A stretch of DNA of 64,000 nt from Monocercomonoides exilis PA203 (lineage: Eukaryota > Protista > Preaxostyla), in the NCBI GenBank assembly GCA_001643675.2, contig LSRY02000009.1, positions 1,612,001 through 1,676,000 of the forward strand, in the 5' to 3' direction. Position numbers and translations under genes: made by a program. How positions within the stretch are numbered: the first letter of the stretch is position 1; each line of letters begins with the position of its first letter. The notes beneath the pieces were generated by a model. That model searched no databases. It saw only the letters and a program-made list of their open reading frames with translations, and was not told the DNA's origin. Positions 49,907 to 63,300 of this stretch are shown in pieces.

Positions 49907-52900
49907 CAAGTGCCGCTGAATATTCCACACGGAAGGCCGCCGAAGATGAAGAGGAAGCGGATGATTACTGCGATGGGGTTGAATCAGCAGGGGAAGAAGA
50001 GTGAAGGATGTGCAAATGCAAATGCAACAGCGCAGAATACGAGGCGTTTGGAATCAACTGTTGTAACATTGGCGAGAAAGAGGATAGTTTTGAAACAAAG
50101 AGAAGGAGAAGGAAAAGGAAAAGGAGAAAGAGAAAGAGAAGGGAAGAATAATTTATGCGTTTAAAGAGCTTCTTCCAGATGAATAGGAGTTTGGAAGACA
50201 AAGAGGAGCAAAGCGGAGATAGAAAGCGAGCGTGAGAGGGAAAGGAAAAGCGAAAGGAAAAGCATTCCTATCAAAGACAAGTCCGACGATGAGTTCGTAT
50301 GATGTACTGAGTGTGCTGCTTTCGAGAGAGCTGGAGCTGCTACATGTGGTAGATGGCAGCATCACATTTGACTCTTCTGTGTCTGACACGAGTGAGACAA
50401 GTGGAAGAAGTGACAGAAACATTGATGGAAATGAATATGACGAGGAAGTTTTTGATGAGGATGAGGAGGAGGAAGAAGATGAAGACATGGAGTAAGACAG
50501 GATTCTCAGTGCAAAGATATTTTTGACAAGTACACGGTCCATTCGGCAGACACTGGAAAAGAGCAGATCTGTTTTTGAATATGACACCTCGAACACATGC
50601 AACTCGGCAAAAATGAGAGAAAACAGCTGAGTTGAAGCAACATTTAATGCAGCTGAGATGAAAGAGAGGCAGAAGAAGGAGGCACTTACGAAGAAGAAGA
50701 AGAACATACTGAAGCTGACACATGGAAGTATTATTCCTCTAATCAAGCCAGTCTTCCTTCTGCTGCCTTCAAATCTCGTTCAGGAAGAGGAAATCAAGGC
50801 AAAGACGCTCAAAAGAAAGATCTGGTAGAGAGGGAAAGGGAAGAACAAGTTCTATTTGTTCGAGATGAAGAGATGAAAGAGTGAGTGAACGGAGCAGGTG
50901 CAGCAGACACTGAAGAAGCAGAAGAAGACAGTGAAGATGATGACAATGACGATAGCGATGATAGTTACGTTAGCGGTGATGAAGACAGTTTGGATATAAC
51001 ACGATCTGCTGAAACATCAAATGCCGATGAAACATAAAAGACAACAGAAAGAAAAGAAGACTTAACTTCACGCCCTGCCCTGCGCTTCACTCCCAAGCAG
51101 CGAAAGATGCTTTCATCGGCATCCCAAAAGAGCAATTAGAAGAAGTCGCATGTCACTTTCTCACACACCTTAACCATCGTCTGCGGAGAGCTCAGTCCAA
51201 CCCATCTGCAGTTCACCTTTCCTTCAGCTAAGTCCACAAAGGAAAATGGAGAGAAAGAAGAAGACGAGAACTCAATTGGCTCAGAAGGCAGCAGAGAAGC
51301 CAGACAGCACCCGCCAGAAGACACAGCAATCACGGCTTGGCGGCTGTTTCTGTGTCACGAAGGCATCTTGCCTTGTCTGCCATCAGAGCAGCACTCGGCA
51401 AAGAATTGCAGGCACATCTCAGAGCAGCTGCGGGAAACAGGTTTGCTACGGATTGTTAATTAGCGAGTTTGTCTAGCAAGACAGGTATACCAATGCAAAT
51501 GGAGAAGACGGAGGAGGAGAAGGAGGAGTGGATGACTTTGGGATTATCATTCTGTTTGGGAGGAAAGGCAGACTGAAGACAGGGCTGGAGACACTGTTTT
51601 GTGGTCGATGCAGCAAGTTGGGAAGAATGAAGGCGCTGCTTTGCTCCACTCACTCGGAAACGCGCTGTCTCATCTTTTCAACCAGCTTTGACCACCTCAG
51701 CTCCAAAGTCCACAACCATTCCTTCTTCGCATGCTGGTGAAACAGGGAAAGTATTGGCAAATGATGCGAACTCGTTTCTGAGCCTGTTGTGTGGAACGAG
51801 GCTGTTCAGCTTGGGAGGAGAAGATACTGTGAGAGATGCACAACTGGTGGAGAACATGAGAAAGGAGATGAATGTGTGGAGAGGAGAAGGAAGGACAGCT
51901 GTTGAAGGAGGGGACGAGGCAAGAGGCACAGTTGAGCTGTTCTGAGAAGAGAGGGAAATCTTCAGCACTATTCCTGATGTGCAGAACAAGATCAATAGAA
52001 AGAATGATGAAAATAATTTCTCTTTGAATGCAGTGGAAAGAGAGTCATATGCAATCAATGCGAATATTCTGCTTGACCCGCTTTTGTTTGCTTCGTCTGT
52101 CTTTTTCGAAGACCAACCATTTCTGCTGTCTGCCTAGGAAAATACAATTTTTGTTCCTCCTCAAAGAACAGCATGCGTCCCATTCATCGAAGAAACTCTG
52201 TTCGAACTGACAAATTTGACATTTCAGTTTGCTCTGCTGCGCATAAAATGGACACTGAAAAAAGAGCAATATTCGATTCTGCCTTCTTCTCTCAAGTTTT
52301 CATGGGTACCTCTTGTCTACGTGTACCCTCTCATGCTTTCTTATCCTCTACCTTCAATAATCCGTACTCTGCCTTTTCAGCTGCTTTCAGCATCTTTCAC
52401 TTCATCTTCGTGTTCTCAATACCTTCTCCATTCATTTTTTGTGTCGCTTCTATTTCCATTTCTCAGTCCATTTCATCCTCCAGTACAACACCTGCCATCA
52501 TCTCATTCTCCACGCAACCACTCTGCCCTTCTGCCGCGTTGTCCAATCGCCTGCTGCTTTGTCTGCTGGCCACGCGCACTGCACTCACTGCTGTTGCAAC
52601 CGCTGCTCACGGGCTGATGGTGAAGAAGGACTTGCTCCACAAAATATCAGCCATATTCGAGACACACCATGTCCAGAAACCTTCTTCTTCTCCTTCGATG
52701 TTTATTTCTGCCTCTCTCATCCAGCGATTGGAGGTTGTTGGCGCTGCATTCGCACAAGCCACACCTTCCGCTTTTGCTTCTGTCCAGCAAACATCTGAGT
52801 CTCAGTCAACTTCATTGGCACCGAATATAACAACAGATGCACTGGACCTGAGTGGATCTTCAAATTCTGCTGCTGACGAAGCTAATACAACTTCTGTTGG

Positions 52901-54789
52901 TATGCGATAAATGCATAAGGAACAGCAAGTGGAAGAAGAGGAGAACTTCCCTATCAGATAAAGAAAGACTAATTCTCAGCAATTCTTCCACATCAGCTTC
53001 AGACAAGCGTCACCTCCTCTCAGTTACCTCTCTCTTCTCTTTCGCAATCTCCCTCTCCTTTTCCCTCTTCTCCGTCATTCACATCAAAAAATTCTCCATC
53101 CTTAGTTTTCCTCCCTTTTCCTTTGACTCATTCTCTCCCACTTCAGAGTCGTGAACGGGTATCTTTTACTTTTTCTTTTCTCCCCCATCTGGAGCAATTC
53201 CTGAGAATTCCACGACGCGAAGTCTATTTTTTCAAAATTCTTTCTTTTTTTCAAAGGATATTCTTTCATCTTCACCTGCAACTGTCCTCCTTGCTCTGCT
53301 TTTGTTACAGCTACCATCTGATTCATCATCGTAGTCATCATCATCTTCTTCTTCTTCTGATCGTATTTCTTCATTTTTTGCATCTTCATAAGTGATAATA
53401 GCAGAAATAAAAAAGAATGGAATTTATGAAGAAAAGAAACGGGTTGAAGATGAGAAGATGATTGTTTAGTGAATGAAGAGAAAGAAGATAAAGAGAAAGA
53501 TAAATTTATTAAAAACAGAATATTATGAATGGAATTTGGATTTAAAAAAATTGAAGAGATTTTAAAAGAAAAAAGGATAATATGGAAAAGGAGAAAAGTT
53601 GGAAGAGAAGACTTCAACGAGCAGTAAAAGAACGCTAAAACGGAGAAATAATCAATTGTAATTTATCTGAATCATTCCGTCTGCTGCTTCTTTTTCATGG
53701 GTGTCCTTAAGCACAGCAACAAACAGCAGGTAAGGGATGTAAGATGCGATGCTTCGGAGAGCTAATCGATGGTTGGGAAGCCACTTGGAAGTGCCAGAGA
53801 GTGCGCAGTCGCTTTGTCAAAGCGAGGCAATGTTAATCTCACAAAAGTCAGAGCTGATGATGATGCTGCAGGCAAAGGTGATATTCGGGACAGGCTGATC
53901 TGTTGCAGGTGAACAAGCAGCTGTCGATATGTTCACAGTTGTTCGCCTCTGAACTGGTCGAAAGAAATGGTAGTGAAGAAGGAGAACATCATGCTGAAGA
54001 AGCTTGTTGACTTATTTAAAACAGAAAGATGAAAATAACACGCTGAATCATTCAGTGGATAAATAGTGGTGATGAGATGCTCAACGAAGAAGCTGATGCT
54101 ATTATTGAAAAACCAGCAGAGGCTAGGCAGGACGTAGGGTGGAGAGGTTGGCGTGGGAGAGGAAGAGGGAGGAAGCGGGGAGAGCACGAATAGCAGGGCA
54201 GGTGAGGTGGAGGGAATGGACAGATATCCTGGAGAGGCGAAGGGTAACTTTGCAAGCACAAATGAGCATTGAGCTGAAGTGGAAAGGATGTTTTGGAGAG
54301 GAAAAGAGGGAGGAGGACACAGCGAGGGACCCATCGAGGAAGGAGAAGAGGGAAGAGTGAGCAGATGCGAATGAGGAGTGAAGGAGAAGTGGCAGTGGGT
54401 GGTGATGCAGGTGTTGAGAAAGGTGACAACAGCAGAGCATCTGAGGAGGAAGACATCCAAATGTATTTAAAAGACTAGGAAGAGGATGAAAGACAGAGAG
54501 ATAGAGAAAGATGAAAAAGTGCAAGTGAAGATTTTCGTTTAATGGAAGCATTTTTTGCGCAAAAAATGAAAATTCACAAATTGTATTGTTCAATTTTTTA
54601 AATAGTGATTTTTTTAATATTATCATCTGTCACTTCTTTTGACGAATAAATCAACAAAAGTTCTTTTTTGTATTATTTGTTTTAAAATCGAAATAAACTG
54701 CAAACTGTGAATTTCTTGTGAAATATCCTGCATAACAATCATATTTTTGTTTTTGTGTTTTCGATAATTGTTTTTTTCAACATATTTAT

Positions 54790-55154
54790 TTGGATCTTCA
54801 ACATCTATTTTGAAATTTCTTTTCAATAACATTATTTAACATTCTTCATTTAAGAAATTGATTTATTGAGTATTGAAACAATCATTATCATGCTTCTCAA
54901 ACAAGATAACTTATGTTTTATAATGTTTATTGAATTTTGGAGTTTTTTTTTTTTGAAATTATTTTTATTTTATGATATTTGTAATAAAATAAATTGGAAA
55001 CAAATTAAAAACAACAAATAATTAATAATGATAATATTTTAAACTATATTTTTATCAAAATATTAATAAAAATATTCTAATAAACCCCACCCTTAATATA
55101 AAATTATAATGATCAAACTTCGTAATTTTTTATGATATCAAAAAAAATCACCCA
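54790..55154. mobile_element. Right end of the TGGGTGA transposon family
   Basis: ACCCTTAAT..TGATCAAACTTCGTAATTTTTTATGATATCAAAAAAAATCACCCA|TA; about 370 bp homologous to the ends at 2344 and 62366. Confidence 0.8.
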
Positions 55155-55205
55155 TATTATATAAAAAATATTTTAATAAATGATTAATTGCTTGATTCAA
55201 ATAAA

Positions 55206-55905
55206 ATGTCAACAAGTTTCAATGATTCGAGAAAGGATATTACAGATTTGAATGATAAATTTTCTTGCGTTTCATGTTCATTTGATTGGCTCATCAATAA
55301 TGTGCAGAAAGTTGAAAATTTAAAATGTCTGAGATGTTTGAAGAAAATGGACATTTATTCAAGATCAGAAACAAGAAAACAATACAGATGTGCAAAATGC
55401 TATAAATCGATCAGTATTTTTTGAAAATACTTCATTCTTTAACACGAAAATACCATTGAACAAACTGCTCAGAATCATTCTGTATTTTTGGAAGAAATTA
55501 AATATTACTCAAACAAGTTTTCTGTTGAAAATAAGAAAAAAATTGTTGGTTTTTTTATATTCTCAATGTCTTCCAATTGTTTTGATAATAACATTTCAGA
55601 ATTTTTAGCCAGTTGGAGGTGATGGTGAAATTGGTGTAATTCTTGAGGCTATTCAAAGAAGGAGGAAATTCCATAAAAATGAAGAATCAGAAATACAGCT
55701 TTTCGAAGGAATGAAAGAAAACATCAAAAATGCAAAAGAAGATTATTTATTGTTAAGGTGAAAAAATTGAAAAAAAAACATATCTCCACATCATCCAAGC
55801 AAACATGAAAATAAAGACAATGATTTTCAGTGACGAATGGAGTCCTTTCAATTGTTTGTCTCAATACAATCATTCATTTTTATCAGAATGTCACATACAC
55901 AATTT
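55206..55905 (+). pseudogene. Decayed Merlin (ISXO2/IS1595-like) transposase
   Basis: Zn ribbon KCLRC..YRCAKC..SIF, FFNTKIPL, PVGGDGEIGVILEA (IGG.G.IVEIDES with D lost), RRKFHK, TMIFSDEWSPF..L....H.HNF. Stops and frameshifts; cut at ~55905 by a TGGGTGA-type end. Confidence 0.75.
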
Positions 55906-56041
55906 TGGAGATTATTTTTGAAATCATAACTTTTTTTTGGAGTGTTGATTTTTCAAGGGTTTTTTTCTTTGGAAAGGAATTATTCATTCAAATGAAAAAT
56001 GCATGATAAGTGTTAAATATGACGATCTTTGAGATGATACA

Positions 56042-56283
56042 AGGGTAATTCTTTTTGAAAAGTCGCAAATGTTTAATTTTCAAATAAATCAAAAATAACA
56101 TATTTTGCTCATATTTCTGTTTTCACAAACCAAACTTCACTAATATGGAATATATTTCTGGAAAATGCTATTTCATTCGTTCCAAAGAAGATTCGTGAGT
56201 GGAAACAGATATTTGAGCAAAATATGAAAATATTTTTTTATTTGAAAATTAAACGTTGGCGACTTTTCAAAAAGAATTTCCCA
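56042..56283. mobile_element. ~240-bp MITE
   Basis: GGGTAATTCTTTTTGAAAAGTCGCAAATGTTTAATTTTCAAATAAA versus reverse complement GGGAAATTCTTTTTGAAAAGTCGCCAACGTTTAATTTTCAAATAAA. Right end CCCA|TA. Confidence 0.85.
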
Positions 56284-56285
56284 TA

Positions 56286-59204
56286 TGGGTGATTTTTTTT
56301 GACATCATATAAAAAGATCAAAAATCGAATAAATAAAATCTATTGTGGTATTTGTTGATCATAGAGTTAAATTGATTTTTCTTCAGCATTTAGCTTTCAA
56401 ATTATTTCATATGTTTGTTTTATTTATTTATATGATAAAAAGCAAACCTTTTTGATAATTTTAGTGCAAAAAGGATTTATTGATCAAGTTTATTAAAAGT
56501 AAACAAGAATTAAATGAAGTTTAATCAACAAAACACTTTAAAAAGACAAAAAAAGATTCTCAATTTGTGAAACAAAGCTAATAAAAGGGGGAAAAAATAA
56601 TTTAAGAACTTTGAAAAATGCAACAAATTTGTGAATTATCATTTTTCCGAAGAAAAAAAATGAGTTTTCCATTAATCAACCTGAAACCTCATCAAAAAAT
56701 TTCCGAATCTGCTTATCAGCTCAACAGATTCAGCAAACGAAGATTGTGTTATTCAGGAAACTGCAGTTTATAAAAATTATTAACTCAATCTTGAAACTTC
56801 CCTTTTTATTCTTTATGCATATTCAGTTAAAGCTCACTTCTCAATACACCGCATCGTTTCCTTCATTTTCATTCTTCATTTAAAAATACTCCTTTTGTTT
56901 GCTGCGAACTTTTTAAAAGTTCCTGCTCTTACGACTCATGTGCAGAAATCAACATTAAATTCTCCTCAATCATCATTCGTCTTTTGTTCACTCTATTTCT
57001 TCCCTCTTTTCATCATCTTCCTCTTTCTCTTGATCATCCTTTTCTTTCGTTTTTGCTTCCCCCTCATTTCACTCTCTCTCCATCATCGCTCTCATCTCCC
57101 CCAATTGCAACTGTCTCTTTTCTCCACGAGCTATCCATTTTGAGGGACAAAACTGTTTTTCTTCAGTTTTTCTTTAAATCTGTACGCTTTTCCCTCTTCT
57201 GCTCTCAGCATCAGCAGCAATTAAACAATGGCATTCACAGTTCTTCCTTCCCTTGAATGTTTGACTCATTCTGAACAGTTTTTTCTTTACCTTCCCTTTC
57301 CACTGCTCTCACCTATATTCGCTTATAGAATCGATTGGGTTGTGCTTCGTCGAAGCTTTCTGAGAAGCCAATAAGTTCTGTTCTATTTGTTGTTCTGAAA
57401 GCACAGTCAACCAGAGAGAATTAAGATAATTGCACAAGTGATGTGAGGAGGAGAAGAAGAGAAAAGGAATGAAGGAAAAGGCTTCAATAGTTGAGGAATT
57501 TATTTCTCTCTCTTTCAAATACAATTCTGAAACCAGAAAGTTGCCTTTGAGATTGAGGAGAGCGCTCAGTGACTCAGATATGGCTGCTCTGTTGTACTCG
57601 CTGGAATATGTAGTGATGTGGCTGTTTAGCGCTGCCTTCTACTGAAGTGGAGAAGCTGCGTGCGTTCTTCAGGCAGTGGGTGGAGCATGAAATGGTTGGA
57701 TCAGTTTGGCATAGAATTAGTACTGAGACAATCAATGGAATCTACAGCAAAGGTGAGTACAGGAAAGAACGCAGTCGAGACAACGTGGGAGAATGACCTT
57801 GTGTGCAAGGAGAAGCTGGACATGAACACCATTCTTCTTCTTCTTCTTCATCTCTTTCGTTACACTCTCCTTTTCTTCATTCTCTTCATCATCCTCCTCC
57901 TCCGTATCTTCTCTTGTTCCTCTTTTTCCCAACAGGCGCATACAGATTAAGCAAAGCACCAGCAGCTCCTATTTTCGCTATGTCAGTTGCCGTTGGCAAC
58001 GCCAGGACGCCAACAAGATTCAACACAACGCCCCAGCTCAGCAAACGACGCAGCAGCTCTTCCTTCGTGACTGTTGGTTCGTTGTTCGCTTCTTTATTAT
58101 TCTCGTTTCTCTTCTCCTTCGCATCCTCATGCATCACCCTTCCCTCATATCCCTTGCATGGCCTTCCACCATATCCTCCATCCCGTTTTCCCTCACCATC
58201 TCCTTCTTCATCCAGCCCTTTTCCTTCTGCAAGTGCCTCGATGATATCCGACGCGTTATGCCGCACAATCGCCTGCGGTGAGTACACCAGCTCGACCAGC
58301 TCGTTAAACAGCGCCTTGTCGAGCGAGCTGGCAAACAGCTTGAACGACTTGCTGGTTGGCGAGAGAAGGATGGAGGAGGCCTTGTTGCTGTATCAGGCGC
58401 AACGCGAATACAGCAGGCGGTGGATGGTCTGGAGAATTCCGTGGCGAAGGAATGCAGAGTGGAACACTGCACCGTTGGTGACGAACTTGTTGGTCACATG
58501 AAGAGAAGAAGAGACAAGAGGGGACCATCGTAAACTTAATGTGAATATATTTGCGTATTTTTGTGTAATGAAACGAACTAGCGAAAAAGTGGGTGTAAAA
58601 ATGAAGAAGAAAAAGAATTTGAACAAAAAGAAGAAAGAAATAAAAACTTGTGAACAAAATCTCTATAAATATTTATTGACAAACCTCATGAATCTGATCA
58701 ATTGCTTTGCAACAGCATCATTCAGCAAATAATCTTTATTGCTCTTCAAGACAATTGTAAAATCATAGCTATTATTCCACCTTCATAACTATTCATCATT
58801 TGAGAGTGAACAAATAAATTTTGATTAAGATTAACATTTGAAAAGCTAAATACATATTAAAAAAAAATGAAACAATGAATGAAATATATTTTATTTTACA
58901 GAAAAATTCAAATTTTCCATACCATTCTGGTTCACCATGTGGGTCATTGCGTTTAGTCCCCTCAGCCTGCGGATGTCGTCGAAGCCGCAGACCATTAACT
59001 GTTCAATAGAAAACGCACAGCGCAGCTAAAATGGAACTTCTATCGACAAAAAAGCGCTGTAAACAACACTGGCACACAGCTCAATCACATTCTGCCGCTT
59101 CACTTTGAACGAACACACTTTGCTGTGCTTGATGATTGGCAGGTTGGTTAATTGGAGAGAGAGAGAGAGAGGAGGAGGAGGAGGAAAAATAAGAAGAAGA
59201 AGAA

Positions 59205-59236
<32 letters not shown>

Positions 59237-62200
59237 TTGTTTGTGGATGCAATCGGTGAGAAAGTGATCGCGTTTCGATTAGTTGCTGCTGAATACTTCT
59301 TGGATTTTTTATTTCTGGCTGATAAGCTAAGCAAAGCGTGATTTCAATTGACACGTGCTTTTTCTTCCTTTTATCTCATTCTATTTTTTCTTTTGAGCCC
59401 CTTTCTTTCTGAGCCTTTCTAATATCTCTGCCAAATCCATCTTCTTCTTCCTCTTCTTCCTCCTCCTCTTCTTCTTCATTTTTCTCATTATCTATGCATT
59501 TTCCTGTCAGATACAACGATCCCTTTTCATCTTTATCACTCACAAACTCATTTGCATCCCTCTTCTCATCCTTCTTCTCTCCCTTCCCTTCCTTCTCCCC
59601 ACCCACACGAATCCCCTGGCTAGCTACAAATGCAGCATTGTTCAGAAGGATGCTCTGTGGCTCAAACACATCCCTCGTCGCTGACACGCTGCTGCTTGCA
59701 AACACACCGGCATTGCTCAATCTGCACTTCCCGAGAATTTCACGAAAGATCGGCACAGTCACAAGCGGTGGCAGCGAGAAGGAAGAAATAGAAGAAGAAG
59801 AAGAGGAAGAAGAAGACATATTTGACAAAGAGGCAGAGCTAGGGCTAGTCATGTCGAAGGACTTCTGCGTGAGTAAAGAGGAGTCTGTGGCAGGAGATGA
59901 TGAAGTGGATTGCTTTGGCGAAGTTCCAACAAGAACAGAAATGGCAGATAATTGTGTGTGTGGAAAGGAAGAAAAAAAGATTGGTGGCAAATGTTGAAGA
60001 GACCGTGATGTTTTCAAATTGTAACTTTGCAGATGGGAGTGTGCTGTCGAGCGAGTAAGCTGTCTGCGTGAGTCTTGTGTCGAAAGCGTTAATTTGCATT
60101 GTGCAAAACTCGTCTTTCTCCTTCGACTTCGTCTTCGCCTTTGGCTCTTCCTTTTGCCTCCCTTTCCTCTGCTCTGCGCTCAATTTGCATCTGAAATCCG
60201 CCTTCTTTGCCTCTTCCATTTGAACTTGAACTTCTCTCTTTTCGCTTCTTGGTGGTGTCATAAAGCGAGCTGATGAACGCAATGTGCCTTGAAGCTCCTT
60301 CCGCCTTCCGTTGCCATTTCTCGTGCTATGCACATTCACCTCATTCACCCTGTTCAGCACAGCCGGAGCGCGGAAGCCGTACGAAGTGCTGAAGCAGAGC
60401 GGAATGTACTGCTGCAAAAAAGGAAAACTGTTAAGATGTATATTCAGCGAAGCTGCAGAATGCATTTGTTACGAATATGATGATGTTGAGAAAATAGAAA
60501 CAGAATGATTCAATTTTTTGTTCAATTTGGTGGCTCTGCCAAATGACTCGCACAAACGAATCAAAATGTTGATGTTCTGATCCGGCTGGATGTGATAGTG
60601 ATCAACAAAGAAGATGTTAAAGAAGTTGAGAGGATGAAAAGATGCAGAAGAAGAAGGCGAGGTGATTGAAAGATGTGAAATCAGTCGAACGATATTTCCG
60701 AAGAAAAATATGAGTTCAATGTGATGTTTTCTCAAAATGCAAGATCGGATGAAGCAAGTTGACTTCACAAGAAGACAATAATACAAATTTCTAAATATTT
60801 GGCAATCAATCTCCAATTAATCAATAAAGTTGGATTTCTTCAAGTCAATTCACTAACTTTTTGCAATTTTTTCTCCTTTCCCCTCAAAATATAAAATGAA
60901 GATATTTCTCAATTTCTTTTCTTTTCTATTTTTCCTCTTCCATTCAGCTCTCACGATTCTCTGAAAAATATCAATCTCTTCCTTTTCTTTCACCTTTCTC
61001 TATCTCTTCCAAAAAAATATTCTCTTCTCAGAAAATACCCCTCTTCCATTTGAACACTTTTCAATTTTCCTCCTCTCATCCACTTTTGCTCTCTTTTCCT
61101 TTTTTCAAATTCCATATCTCCAATCAACAACAAGCCCTCCTTCATCGTCCTCAGCCACTTCTCTATATATTTACCACATTTCCACCTCCAAATCTCCACC
61201 TACTCTTCCCCACCCCTTTGTCTTAGAATTTCTTCCTTTCAAAACCCCTCTTGAAACATTAGCATTCAAAAACATACTCAACTCCTACCCCCTGCCACAA
61301 ATAATTCTCTTCCATCACTTGTATGCACCATATTTCTCATATGCCTGGTGTTGATGAGATAAACATCAAATACTGTTTTGGGTGGTTGAGAATATTATTA
61401 AAGGAGATGATCATGCCAAAAACAGAAAAAACCCCTCTGGACATCCACCACAATGTGTACGGGCTGAGAAGACCCTCCAGTGAAATGTTCGATGCATTTT
61501 GTGGAGATGTATTCTATGCTGTATTCAGCAACTCAAAAACTGATGCTTAAATAAGAGTTTTTTAAATGATAATATCTGTGGAGATGAGTGTGAATTGAAA
61601 AAAATAAAGTTGAAGAGAAGGTTGGTTTTTTATTTATGTTTATATGAGTATTTGCCTGTTGATGAATTTTGTTTTGTTTTCAGAGCAGCAGGCGGAAATG
61701 AATGAAAATGAATGAAAGCGGGATGTCTCGTTGTTCAGGATGACCATCGAGTTGGGAGAGCGAATCCATATGGAAGGTGCCCAGGATGAAGGGATTGGGA
61801 AGGAATTTGGAGATGATATTTTCAGACGAGAAACAATAATATTTTTCAATGAGAAAGATGAAATTGAAGAAAATACATAAATTTCACATTTTTCAGAAGA
61901 GCAAGAAATCGATGCATTTAATGGGAAAATGACTTCTGGAAAGGACGATTAGCGAATCAGATGAAGAAATACTTGAAAATTGATTGGATTCATTTAATAT
62001 TTGTCGATTTCAACTTACAATATTCTATTCTTTTTCAATAACATTATTTGACAATTCTTTATTTAAGAACTTGATCGAACATGTATTATTAATATTTTTG
62101 TCATGTTTTTAAACCAGCAGACTGAAGTTTTGTTCTGTTAATTGAATTTTCGATATTTTCTTTTATGAATTTTTTAATTCTTTCACGAATTTGAAATAAA

Positions 62201-62366
62201 AACAATTTGAAATGAATTAAAATCTAAAAATATATAATAACAACTATTTACAAAGCAATATTTTTGCATGATCATCACTTTTATTATTCTTTTTAAAGCA
62301 ACCCTTAATGAAAAAATTTTTTGATCAAACGTCGGAAATTTTTATGATATCAAAAAAAATCACCCA
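56286..62366. mobile_element. 6.1-kb TGGGTGA-family pack element with mosaic gene-fragment cargo
   Basis: TA|TGGGTGATTTTTTTTGACATCAT ... ATGATATCAAAAAAAATCACCCA|TA. No transposase; the interior is broken coding-like fragments on both strands. Confidence 0.78.
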
Positions 62367-62371
62367 TATTA

Positions 62372-62629
62372 TGGGTGATTATTTTCGAAATCATATTTTT
62401 TGTTGCAAAATATTCGATTGGAAAAATTTTCTTGAACATCAAAAAAAGGACACAAAGAAATGAAAAGACTTTCAAATGACATAATCATCTTTATTTCAGT
62501 TTTTGGCATTTGTTTTCAAAACAGATTTGATAAATTCAGTATTCGAATACATAATCTCTTTGCAAAGGGAAACAACGTTAGTTAAACAAACACCCCGAAA
62601 AAAGTTATGATTTCAAAAATAATCACCCA
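62372..62629. mobile_element. 258-bp MITE of the TGGGTGA family
   Basis: TA|TGGGTGATTATTTTCGAAATCATA ... TATGATTTCAAAAATAATCACCCA|TA. Confidence 0.88.
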
Positions 62630-63248
62630 TATGGTTTCAAAAAAGTGTGATAAAACAATAATGAAAGCTCGTATCTGTCAATGATACTGTTATAAGAGAA
62701 TAAATAAATATCTTTTTCGAGTCCAAAATTTCACTCTTTATTTTTCCTTTTCTTCTCCATCTGTAACAATCCAGTCTTTTCGAACTTTTCTTACGATTCA
62801 CTTTAGCCACGTTGATCCTCCAGTTCCAGCTTAAGCTCCAGTTGTAATTCATCATTTGCTGCACTATTCCCTTCTCACATATCTTCTTCTGCTTCATATA
62901 ATCACTGCAGACGAAACAGAGAAGGATAACAATTACGGAGAAGAGGAAGACATAATGCTGGATAAGCATTCGTAAAAAGAGAAGATGTTGCAGAAATTGA
63001 CAGATATGATAGTTACAACAATTCCCCCAAACTGAGAGCTAGAAAGGCAGATAAAAGAGAAGTGTCAGAAATAGGGAAGGAAAAGAGATAAAAAGAGATC
63101 AGGATTGCTGAAGTGCCTTGTTCAAAGAAGAGTTGATGTTATGAAGCTCAAATTCTTCAAACAACATCATATCTCCCTTTGAAGAACAGGCAACCTAAAG
63201 AAGCGGAGACAGAATGAGCAGAAGATGTGCAGGAAGGGCTTTTCGATA

Positions 63249-63300
63249 AGGGTGATTATTTTTGAAATAATTATTTTTCATTGTTTTTTTTCGGATGCAT
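63249..63300. mobile_element. Further TGGGTGA-family left end (partner not in window)
   Basis: TA|AGGGTGATTATTTTTGAAATAAT. Confidence 0.5.
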
